Positions 23,428 through 33,785 of a DNA stretch of 39,283 bases are shown here, piece after piece. The DNA lies in the NCBI GenBank assembly GCA_001662655.1, contig KV460223.1; one strand, written 5' to 3'. The stretch is from Pseudogymnoascus verrucosus (Eukaryota). The notes under the pieces are model-generated. The model made no database searches. It was given only the letters and a program-made list of their open reading frames with translations, and was not told the origin of the DNA. The first letter of the stretch is position 1; each line of letters opens with the position of its first letter. Made by a program: the position numbers and the translations under genes.

Positions 23428-24327
23428 AAAGAAGTACATACCAACGAAGTACCTTCCTTGCACCTGAAGATAGTAAGTCTACAATATTAATTAGAGAGAA
23501 CCATAGGTAACATTTGATTTAGCACTTCGATCAAAACAACAGGCGCAAAAGTGGCGTGCAGTTCGTTGCGTTTTATGATCTGGCAAAATGGGTGGTATGA
23601 GTGGGCATAACGGACAGTGGGCTTTTTTTGCACTGTCAAACAGCGAAAGGAAAAAGGGTACCTAGACAGGATGTTGTTTTTTTACAAACATAAAGCGTAG
23701 AATGAATAATCTGGTCTTCTCTCCATTCTCTATGTGATCCGCCCGCCTCCAAGGGGTTGTTGCCTCGATGCAAGGTACACTACAGGATCAACGCTCCAAG
23801 GTTCTTGTGGAAACCAGCAGCATCCCCAAGAATTCTTAACTATCCCAACTAGACGACTAAGTTGGCATTCCTTGCTCTTTAATCCCAAAGAGGAGAGCAA
23901 GAGAGGCTTCCGCACAGTCCCCCGACCACCTCAAGAGGTTTTAGAATTGGCGTACAACACGCAGAGTGTTCAATTATAGCCATCAACCAGACAGACCTGA
24001 CCCAATCCGTAAGTCTGCATCTAATTTGGCTAGTTCCAGCACAACATGATTTACATGGCTCTTCCCGTCCTTCTCGCTGCAATGTATAAATGACTCTCAT
24101 CTGCTCCTTCTCATTCCAAATCTTTCCTCAGACGCTCTCCTTCCAACCACTGTTCTTTCAAAGATATCCCTGACGAGCCCCTCAAGATCCCGCTGCTGTG
24201 TCTCCTCTCAATCTCTCCGATTCGTATGTTTATCACCGAGATGCAGCGCCCATGGCGACGTACATGTTGCTGACATACTCCCTAAACCGTTATCAACACC
24301 CCTATACTCCCTACCGCCTCATTCATC

Positions 24328-25432
24328 ATGGCAATCAGCCCGATGGATGACCACATGAATCAAGGAGGCCCCTATACTCACCACAACAATTCAAACCTCT
24401 CCAACACCGCATCCTTCGACTCTTATAGCTCTGGCGAGTCGACAACGTCCTGGGACGTGGCTACTCCGTCGCCGTCGCAAAGCGACGTCTTTGGCACCTA
24501 CGACAGGGACGGCTTCTCGCCTTCGCCGTCTCACATGTTCACCAGCTCGCTAGCCCATCAGTTCAACGTCCCCTCTAACCACAGTCTCAGCATGGGAGAT
24601 CCGTCGATGATGTATCCGGAATCCTTCCATAGAAGCGTTGCAAGCCAAGATCATATGACTTATGAACTCCAGTAAGTCACTACACCCCAATCGAGGACCA
24701 TGAAACCCATCCACAACGACCCACTGCTAACTTCTCCGTAGCGCACCACTTCCATTGCCTATCAGCTCTCCAGCTTTCCTCCCAGAACAACACTACGTGA
24801 GCCCAGGCCAGACATGTTTCGATCCCTTGCGGCCGACACCCCCTCCCCTAGATGGCTACTACGACGACCAACCCCGCTACTACATGTCTCCCGTCCAAGC
24901 CACCTCGCACCCTTCCCACTCCGCCCCCTCATCCTACAACAACTACTCCTCCGCCCCCGCCCTCCCACCCCCCATCAACATGCGCCGCCGCCGCGACCAC
25001 CGCCGCTCCCGCAAACACCCCTCCCACAGCCCCACCATCGTCATGTCCGACCACGGCTACGAAGCCACCAAAGTCCCCGCCGGCCACTTCGAATGCACAC
25101 AAGCCGACTGCAAGAGCAAAGGGCAGAAGTTCAAGCGCCAGGAGCACTTGAAGCGACACATGCTGACACACACGCAACCGCGCGACGTCGGGTGTCCGTT
25201 CTGCCCGAAGCGGTTCCAGGAGAACCGGAAGGATAATCTGAAGGCGCATTTGTTGTTGCATAGTAAGCCGAATGCGGATCGGAAGCGGACGGCGTATGCG
25301 CCGGGGGCGGCGGAGGCGTTGGAGAGGCTGGGGGGGCTGGGGAAGAAGGGCGATTGGGAGGCGGAGAGGGGGGATGTTAAGGCGATTTGTGAGCAGGCTA
25401 GACGGAAGGGGGAGAGGGAGAGGGGGTTGTGA
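24328..25432 (+). CDS. C2H2 zinc-finger transcription factor with two fingers (BrlA/Msn2-like recognition helices). Exons 24328-24671 and 24742-25432
   Basis: Fingers CTQADC...FKRQEHLKRHMLTH and CPFC...RKDNLKAHLLLH, an S/P-rich N-terminus, intron GTAAGT...CTAAC...TAG and a TATAAA at about 24085. Confidence 0.85.
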
Positions 25433-26589
25433 GTGGGTGGGTGGGGATGAAGGTCTTAGATGGGGATGAGAGTTATGATACCCAAGCACGACAGAGGATA
25501 ATGATGGGATGGGATGGGATGATATATATGCGGTAATGGGAAAGATGGGGGAAACAATACTTAGAAAGGGGTTGGGTGGGGTTTGGGAAAGAATGGGGGA
25601 TATCTGGTTTTGCTTTTGGTTTGTGGTTTTGGGCGCGGCAAAATAATATAGATAGAATATGCCAACATCTCTCTCATTAGGTATTAGTCATAGGAGGCTT
25701 GCCATAATTATTATTAGAAATCGATTTTTATCTGTTTAGTTTCTGGTTTGTGTCTGCTATCTTGGTTGTGAGATGGTGGTGGAGGGTGGGTGGCTATTGT
25801 GTTCGATTTAGGAGGAGATGATGGTATTAATAGCCATACTCGCTGGATATTTATCATGGGGGGGTTGTCATTATTAAAATCACTACTGGGGTTTATATTA
25901 TCGGTCAGTTTAGCCTCTCTGTGTCGTTGTCTTGTATATTATCTCAGAAGGAATTGATGAGGGAGAATTGGATACTGGGTTTTATTTTTGAGCCACTAAA
26001 AATAATATTACCACCATGACATTATTTATTTATTTATAAAAGTCATATCATAAATAATACAACTACCAGGAACTATTTTAACCACCAGGTAAACCAATCT
26101 GCATACTATAATATAGCCCGCTCGACCCCCAAGTCATGAACTAGAAGATGGTGGACGACAATTCCCATTCTCACTATACACCATAACCTCCCCCTTCCAC
26201 ATACCACATACCCCCACGAATCTCCTCACCACCCCCCCAACCCCCTCCAGCCCTACCAATAAACCAAGAAAACCGAAACACACCCCCCTCGTCACCACCG
26301 GGGCGCAGCACATCCGAGCTGCGACCGCATCTACACCCGAAGCACGCGCGGCCACATCACAGGCCGGGTCGCGCACCTCGGGCACCGGCGAGGGATGGGC
26401 ATGGAAGATGACGCGCATAGTGAGGTGGTATGCGGGTCTGGAGATGGGTTATGCGAGTTTGGAGATGGAGGGGAGGGTTAAGTGCGTTTCAAGGCCGGGG
26501 CGTTTAGAGGGCGCCATATTTGAATGGGAGAGGCCATGGGAGGTCACGGGAAGTCGGAGGGGGATGGGCGAGGGAGGGGTGAGTGCCTA

Positions 26590-27070
26590 TTGAGGGAAGG
26601 AGCGATGGAGCTGTTTATTGTGGAAAGGAACAAGGTGGCTGTTTACTCCGGGATGGAACAGAGGCTGGTTGTTGAGAGGAGGGAACGATGAAGCTGTCAT
26701 TGAGTGGAAGGAGCAACGATTGAGGCTGTTGGGGAACGAGCGATGAGACTGCTTTTTGAGAGAAAGAGCGACGAGGGAAGTCTCTAGGAGGAAGGAACGA
26801 GGCTGCTCACTGGGAGGAAGGAGCAACGAGTGTGTTTATTGAAGGGAAGGCACGACGGGTGCGTTATTGAGAGGAAGGAGCGATGAGGCTGTTCGGTGAG
26901 GGAACGAGCGACGAGGCTGGTCCTTGGAAGGAAGGAACAATGAGGCTGTCATTTGGAAGGAAAGAACAACAAAGCTGTTCTCTAGGGAAGGAGCGATGAG
27001 GCGGTCTGTCTGGGAAAGGAACGGCCCTTACTTGAAAGGAGGGTGGGGGAGAGCGACGAGGCTGTTCCAT
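26590..27070. repeat. Degenerate minisatellite, unit about 27-30 bp, consensus about TTGAGAGGAAGGAGCGATGAGGCTGTT, roughly 16-17 copies
   Basis: Recurrent GGAAGGAGCGATGAGGCTG-like cores, e.g. at about 26595, 26706, 26816, 26873, 26930 and 26986. Confidence 0.8.
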
Positions 27071-27247
27071 GGGAGCCGAGGCCAGAAAGAGACCGGAGGG
27101 GAGCAAAGGGTGAGAAAAAAGGTCGCCACGAGGCCATACACCAGGCCATGGGAAGAAGGGGGTGGCTTAGAGGGAGAAAGAGGTGTGGAATGTGGAATGT
27201 GGGATTCAATCCGAGGGGGTGGGGTGTGAGAAAGCAGCTGGATGGTA

Positions 27248-27301
27248 TCAACGTCGAGGTCAACATCAACATCAACAACAATATCGACATCAACAATAAC
27301 A
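27248..27301. repeat. Imperfect (CAACAT)n microsatellite
   Basis: tcaacgtcgaggtcaacatcaacatcaacaacaatatcgacatcaacaataac. Confidence 0.7.
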
Positions 27302-29051
27302 AGCTACAAAAAATACAATGACAAATACAAACTTACTACCCTGATGCCGAGTCCCGTAGCTCTCCAACTCAGGAGCTATGGAGCAGCATGAGCTATGGAG
27401 CTACATTCCTTGGTAAGAAGCGGCACAGCAAGCCCGTCGGAGAAACGATGATATCCCTCACCGTCGAGGTCTCTGGTAGGAGCGGAGATGGAATGTCGAG
27501 ATGCCGTGGACCAAAACATGCAGATGCTTACTGTATACGGTGAACAGCTGTCGTATACCAAGACTGTTCTATGCAGCTCTATGCAGACATCCTGCACTGC
27601 ATCTCTAGCCTCTGAGTCAGAAGCCAGAAACTTGAAGCCGAAAAGACCAGCGACGACGATAATCACGATTCGAGCATAAACATGAAACACGGCTCCCGCA
27701 AAATACCCGCACCCGACTCGATCGCCACAGTAAACATCTCGATCTTCTCATCCAATCGTGCCATGCCCGCCCTTCCCCACGAGACTGACGCGCCGTCACC
27801 ACGTCGGGAGTCACCGTCGCGTCGCCTCCCACTACCTGGCATTGGCGTGCATTTAGCCAGCCAACCACGACGTCGCCATGGCATCGCGCTGTTCCAAACA
27901 CGCGCCGGCCCCAACTCCAACCGCCGACTCTCAGTCAACCGCCCTCAGGATGTTCAGGGTGTGTTGAAGACGTGGAGCACAGACATGACACGACACACAG
28001 ACACTGACACAAGCGTGTACTGAAGCGTCACAGGGCACCACAGGGCACCACAGGGCCAGGTACTACTATGCTTAGTTGTGCACAGCCGCCTTCCACGCGC
28101 CCAGCACTCCTGAACAATCTCGCAAACACAGCGGGTCGCGGTAGAAGACCTTGCGACAGCGACAGCGACAAGACAGCGTCTCGGTTTCGCGAAGCGCCTG
28201 TGTTATAGTTGTTAAAGCGCTGAGTACCCTGACACTCCACCCCACTCCACAGTCTCACACCAATGAGGGTTCTATAAGGGTACAAAGGTTATTTTTACTC
28301 GCGCCCGCGATTGCGATAACACCGATAAGATACGATAGGGCGACGCGACGTCTCGCGAGGCGCGCCGCGGTCTCCTCCCCACCGCGAGAGACCGTGATCG
28401 CGCCGCGAAGAAAGGGCGTTTGGCGCCGTGCAGATGAACGCGGGGGGTAGGGGTTCTAGTATGCATACTTTCCGGTAGTCTGCATTCTAAATATGACTCA
28501 GAGACGCTGTGGTGGGGAATCCATTTCATTGCGGAGTGGAGTCGACGACGACGGGATGGATGCAGGAGGCGGTTACTGAGGCCCGCCGGGTCTGCTGTTG
28601 ACGACCAAGAAACCCATCTGATGCCGTGTTCGTGGTCGTCGACGCTGCTCGCCGCCGTTTCATCGTGCGCTCCTCTTCGTCATCCCTGCCTACCGGCGCG
28701 AGCGACTGGCGCTGAGCGCTCCGTCGAGGCATGAGGATAAGTAGCAGCTGGTCGCCGGCCATCCCTTTCGTTGGTTCTCTCCTTCTCACTTCTCTCCTCA
28801 CAGAGAATATCCTCCGACTCTTCGCTTTCCCTCTCTTTTTTATTTTTTCCTTTGGACGAGCTGCGCTCGACGAATCTCCTTGGTCCCTTTATTTTATTTT
28901 ATACCAAAAATTATCATACTTGATTGTCTTGATTTACTAGGAGCTGGCTCCAGAATCAGATACACCTACCTACCTGTCTTAATCGATAGTGTCTAATTAC
29001 GTCGCTGTCATCAACAACCCCTCCAAGTTCCAACCCCCCGTCTCTTCCAAC

Positions 29052-30722
29052 ATGGCCGTCGATATGTCCTTCGACTACAACTTCTCTTTCGGCCCTGCCA
29101 CCCCACCTGACTACTCCTATGAGCTCGCCTTCCAAGAGGCCAGCTATCAGCCGGCGTACCGCCGCGCCGACTCCCTCTCCTCGCAGATGTCCATGTACTC
29201 CAAGGAGTCCTCGCCCGACACCACCAACATCCAGCTAGCCACCCCCATCAAGTCGCCCATCCGCCAGCATGGCCCGCTGCTCCTCCCCAAGATCCGTTCT
29301 CAGGACCAGGCCATCGAGTCGCCCGCCAAGCGCGTCAAGAAGAACGGCACCGCCGGCACCTGGAAGCCCAGCCACAGCCGCAGCTACACCAACCCAGAGA
29401 CAATCACATACATGCCTGCTGCGCTCGCGACACCCTCGCACAGCCGTTCCTCCTCCACCCTGTGCTCCCCAATCTCCATGACTAGCAGCGTCGACGCACA
29501 GTTCCGCCGCGCCTCGAGCTGCAGCCTCGACGGCCAGACCATCGGCAAGTATGGCTTCCCCACCTACCGCCAGATGCCGACATACATCTCGTCCACCGCT
29601 GGCACCGAGACCTTTGTCCCCGCGCCATACTACACCGCGCCCCCCCGCGAGCCGTCGCCAATGCGCAACTCCATCTCCTTCGACGACTTCTGCGAGGAGC
29701 TCGAGCTCGCCCCGGCCCCACCAGCAGACGAGCCCACCACGACGCTACAGACCTTCCTCACTGCGCCAAACCCAACCCCATCGCTCGTGCGCCAACTCAA
29801 CATCCACGTCCGCGACCCAGCCAGTAAGCACTTTTGGTGGGACATCCGCCAGATCCGCCCCTGGACCTCCTTCACCAGCACAACCATAACCTCGATACCC
29901 GGCCTCGCGGCCCTCCTCACCGTCGCCCTCCCCGCCTCTTCCCTCCCAGCCCCCTCCGCCCCGCGCACCACGCACCCCGAAACCGAAACCGAGCTCGCAG
30001 CAATCTACACCTCCTTCTACGCCGCCAAGCTCAACGCCGCCCTCGCCGTCGCCCAAGGCACGCGCCACCTCCTCATGCGCGCCCCCACCCCCTCCTCCAC
30101 CCAAGACGCCAGCTTCGTCAGCAACTACACCGACGACACCTCTGCGCTCATCTTCGGCCGCGGCCTCGGCCGCGTCGTCGGGCTTGTCAAGTCCTTCGAT
30201 CGCTGGAACTCCGCTATGCGCGTTGAGGGCAACCACAAGCGCGTCGCCTACCTCCGCGGGCTCGCGCACCTGCACCGCTGCATGCGCGAGCACGGGTGCC
30301 GCTACGGCTTCATCATGACGGAGATTGAACTCGTCGTCGTCCGTAACGGCGGGGAAGCAACCCCGCACTTCGGGTACCTAGAAGTCGCCAGCATCCCCCT
30401 CGCTGAGACTGCCTCCGCCTCCGACGCGGAGGAGGGGGCGGAGGTAAAGATGACTGCCCTCCTCGCGCTGTTCTACCTGCACATGCTTGCGCGCGATGCG
30501 CCGCTGCAGGGGCAGGTGGGGTGGAAGGCGGAGATTGGGGCCCCGGCGGAGGGGACGAGGAGGAAGTGTCTACCGAGGGATGAGTGGATGCCTGCGCCGC
30601 AGTTGGCGGAGAAGAGGGAGGCGAAGAGGGCGAGGGGGTGGGTGTGGCCCGAGGAGGCGGTGGGGAGGAAGGAGATGGGGAAGAGGGGGGTTAGGTATGC
30701 GGGGGCTGTTGCGGGGGTGTAG
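29052..30722 (+). CDS. Conserved fungal protein with an S/P-rich N-terminus and a globular C-terminal domain, possibly a degenerate PD-(D/E)xK nuclease-like fold
   Basis: Long intronless ORF with strong codon bias and first ATG at 29052 (AACATGG). Conserved-looking blocks HFWWDIRQIRPW, VVGLVKSFDRWN and CRYGFIMTEIELVVVR. Confidence 0.8.
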   Translation: MAVDMSFDYNFSFGPATPPDYSYELAFQEASYQPAYRRADSLSSQMSMYSKESSPDTTNIQLATPIKSPIRQHGPLLLPKIRSQDQAIESPAKRVKKNGTAGTWKPSHSRSYTNPETITYMPAALATPSHSRSSSTLCSPISMTSSVDAQFRRASSCSLDGQTIGKYGFPTYRQMPTYISSTAGTETFVPAPYYTAPPREPSPMRNSISFDDFCEELELAPAPPADEPTTTLQTFLTAPNPTPSLVRQLNIHVRDPASKHFWWDIRQIRPWTSFTSTTITSIPGLAALLTVALPASSLPAPSAPRTTHPETETELAAIYTSFYAAKLNAALAVAQGTRHLLMRAPTPSSTQDASFVSNYTDDTSALIFGRGLGRVVGLVKSFDRWNSAMRVEGNHKRVAYLRGLAHLHRCMREHGCRYGFIMTEIELVVVRNGGEATPHFGYLEVASIPLAETASASDAEEGAEVKMTALLALFYLHMLARDAPLQGQVGWKAEIGAPAEGTRRKCLPRDEWMPAPQLAEKREAKRARGWVWPEEAVGRKEMGKRGVRYAGAVAGV

Positions 30723-30976
30723 TATATGATGGGGCGCGCTGGACGTGTCGGAGTGGGGAGTTGATGATGTGATGCATTGTTGGTGTTTTTGGTGGTATAT
30801 TATAATAATTGATACGTTTTATGATTTGAGTGTGTTTTTTGAATTATAATTTTGTTTCCCCTGTGAAGAACATGCAACTGCAGCTCCTCGACTATGGATG
30901 GTGTTCCGAACTGGGGGTTTATTCATTCAATCATCTAAATCATGCACCCATCATTAATGCCTCCCCACACGTCGAC

Positions 30977-32842
30977 CTATTCCCCCTCCCCACCCCTAAC
31001 AACAACCTCCAACCTCCCACCCCACCTCCTCTCTCCCCCTCCCTCAGCTCCCCTCCACCGCCTCAACTCAGCCCTAACATCCACCCTCTCCTCCTTCCCT
31101 CCCACCTTCCCCTCCTTCCCACCATCCCCCTCCTCCCCCTCCTCCGCGGTTGTGGCGGGGTTATCGAAAAACGAAAAATCCCCGGCCCCCGCCGCAGCAG
31201 CCACATCCGCATCCCTATCCCCCGATACACTCTCTACCTGCGCCCCAAGCTCAAGCCTCAGATGTCGCAACCCAGGTCGTACTTTAGCGCCGCGCCGCCC
31301 CCCTTCAACTCCGCTTGAGCGAGCGAGTGCTATGGCGTGTTCTTGTGTTGCAGCGGCTAGGAGAAAGGTTTTGAGTGAGTTTAAAAGGGAGGGAGGGGAG
31401 AGGGGAGGGATGGAAGTTAGTGTTAGGGATGATAGGTGAGGGTTTGTGTCTGGGTGGTAGGAGGTTGTGGAGTGAGTGACCAGTGCGTGATGCGCGCGCA
31501 GGGTAGAGAGACGGGGAGAGAGAGCGAGAGAGAGGTAGTGCGTCGCTATTTCTACTGGGTGCGTTGGTCCATCCTCCTGTTCCTCATCTGTAGCTGGTGG
31601 TGCAGGGATCGACGCCGAATACCTCGTCTCCTTGAAGGGAGCATCGAGATCGAGAACCTGTATCCTATCACTCGCCCTAACCAGTCTTAGAAATGCATCA
31701 GACGTAAACCCGCTCCCGGAGAGGTACAACGCTGTTAGCCCCGCGAAGGGGATTAGATCACTCATATCCCCATGCTCCCTCGCGCATTTAGTGAAGGACT
31801 CCGGATCATCGGGCGGAGGGTGGGGGGTGTCGCGGATGAAGGTCTCTTGGTGCTCCTCCTCTGTTCGAGGGCGCTCAGAGTAGGCAGGGGGGGACTCGAG
31901 GTATTTATTCCCCTGCTCTGTCGTAGCGCCGTAGTTTGGAAGACGAGGAGTGGTTAGGGAGGTGGCATCAATGCGCCACACGATGTGCTGTTCCAGATCG
32001 GGAATGACGCCGTCGGTGAGCTTGTTATCCCGCACATCGAGACTAGCGAGTTGCAGCTGGTGCGGGCTTGCGGCCAGCAGAGCGCGGAGATCGGAGTCGA
32101 GGAGGGAGACGTGACGGAGTTTTAGGATGCGCAGGGAGGGGAGCATGAGGTGTGCTGGGGGGTAGGTGGGGTGGTTGTATGCGTCGCGGAGGGCGGTGTG
32201 CGAGATATCCAGGTAAATGATCTCACTTAGAAAGTCTGCTGCGTCCTCGGGGAGGAGGATGGTGGCGATATTCTGGCAGTTCCGCAGGCTGAGGAGGAGT
32301 GGATGACATGTTTCCCGTGGCGGTTGGGGGAGGGAGAGGGGGAACTCGATGTCATCCAGGAAAAGGAATTTGGTCCGGTGGAAGTGAGCGGGGAGGGAGC
32401 TGAGGAGCTTGTAAACTATGCGTTGGGAGTTCCAGTACCCGGCGTCCATGGTGAGGGCGCGCTGGCTGACGTGTTTGGGAAGGGCGTACATCTTTGGGAT
32501 CCATTGCTGGCGGTAGTCTAGTGTTTGGACTAGGTTTTTGGTGGATTCTCTTGTGGTGGTGATGGATTTGCTGAAGAGGCGGTATTTTTCTATAGTTTTG
32601 GTTAGGATGGGATTGGATGTGTGATAGTGGTAAGGGGAGGACGGACCTAGGTGGAAGGGGATCCGTTTGGCGCCGTTGCCTATGATGCGGAGGGGATCTG
32701 TCCAGAGATATTTTGCGAAGACGGTGTTGAAGTTTTTGTTTACGAGGGAGCAGGTGAGAAGATCGTGAGTTGAGAGGTAGGCGGCGACGAAGTCGAGGGG
32801 GTCGAGGGGGGTGATGGCGTCTTTGTAGGATGGGAGGGACAT
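30977..32842 (-). CDS. F-box-like/leucine-rich repeat protein with a probable in-frame 57-nt intron at 32646-32590
   Basis: N-terminal F-box-like VAAYLSTHDLLTCSLVNKNF...LW and LRR units IIYLDISHT, LRILKLRHVSLLD, LASLDVRDNKLTD and LTALYLSGSGFT. Confidence 0.8.
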   Translation of the reverse strand: MSLPSYKDAITPLDPLDFVAAYLSTHDLLTCSLVNKNFNTVFAKYLWTDPLRIIGNGAKRIPFHLGPSSPYHYHTSNPILTKTIEKYRLFSKSITTTRESTKNLVQTLDYRQQWIPKMYALPKHVSQRALTMDAGYWNSQRIVYKLLSSLPAHFHRTKFLFLDDIEFPLSLPQPPRETCHPLLLSLRNCQNIATILLPEDAADFLSEIIYLDISHTALRDAYNHPTYPPAHLMLPSLRILKLRHVSLLDSDLRALLAASPHQLQLASLDVRDNKLTDGVIPDLEQHIVWRIDATSLTTPRLPNYGATTEQGNKYLESPPAYSERPRTEEEHQETFIRDTPHPPPDDPESFTKCAREHGDMSDLIPFAGLTALYLSGSGFTSDAFLRLVRASDRIQVLDLDAPFKETRYSASIPAPPATDEEQEDGPTHPVEIATHYLSLALSPRLSTLRAHHALVTHSTTSYHPDTNPHLSSLTLTSIPPLSPPSLLNSLKTFLLAAATQEHAIALARSSGVEGGRRGAKVRPGLRHLRLELGAQVESVSGDRDADVAAAAGAGDFSFFDNPATTAEEGEEGDGGKEGKVGGKEERVDVRAELRRWRGAEGGGERRWGGRLEVVVRGGEGE

Positions 32843-33785
32843 GTTTGAGGGCGTTGATATTGGTTTTGGACCAGCACTGCTGTAGCCTTTGGATTTCTTG
32901 AATATCAGATTTTAGAAGATGAGTTAACACCCAGTAAGCAAAATGCAGGGTAGATATGTGATAACAAGCTCGCGCCGTAACAGGACGATGAGGCAACTTC
33001 AGGTCTATATATCTGTCAGTTCAACCCCGACAACCCTGACAAACGTACAAATACCTCAAAATGCCCACACCTTCAGATCTTTATATCTCCACCCATTCCC
33101 ATAAACAAGAACCCCCACTTGGCAAATTCCCAAAGAATCGGTCTGCAGGGCTGACCTAGTCTCAGGTGATAACCGTCTGCAGGAGGACATGAAACGCTCT
33201 AATCCGCATGTAACCACTGCGAACACCGGATTCTATGCAGACCAGATGTTTCGCCCATCTTTTGTTTCAAGATGAGATGCGGCTGACTGCCAGCTCCACT
33301 GTAGGTAGCCTTGTTACAGATAGGATTTGCATTTGGATTTCAGGAAATATGGTGTGTCTAGAGTGAAGCAAGTTTACTAACTGGTTTGAACTCACCGAGT
33401 TGACGATGGTGGCGCAGCCGTTCTTAGAAGTGTTGTATTGTACAAGCCACTGTCGGGGAAAAATTGAACCGTGGCCCGACAACGACCAAGGCAGGCAAAA
33501 CAATCAAAATACTTATAGTTGAAATAGAGAGTATATATATATGGTAAATTTGGTGCTTTCCAATCATATATCGTTCTATATAAAATATCCAAATGTACTT
33601 ACACACCCATCCAACGCCGTTTGGTATATTCGCTCATTCGCTCAGATGCCCCTTTCTCTCATCCCCATCCCAAGAATCAATACAAAAACAATGCACCATC
33701 CATGTATACTCCAATCCGCTCTCATATAACAAAAACACTGCCTCCAAATCACACACCAAACCCCCTCCCCCCTTCTCCAACTTCA

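Noticed and set aside
26590..27070. CRISPR-like array
   Set aside because: Eukaryotic context, degenerate abutting units with no unique spacers, and no cas genes.
27376..27690. 104-aa minus-strand ORF with a hydrophobic N-terminus
   Set aside because: No in-frame ATG before the hydrophobic segment (upstream stop), and no coherent spliced model could be built.
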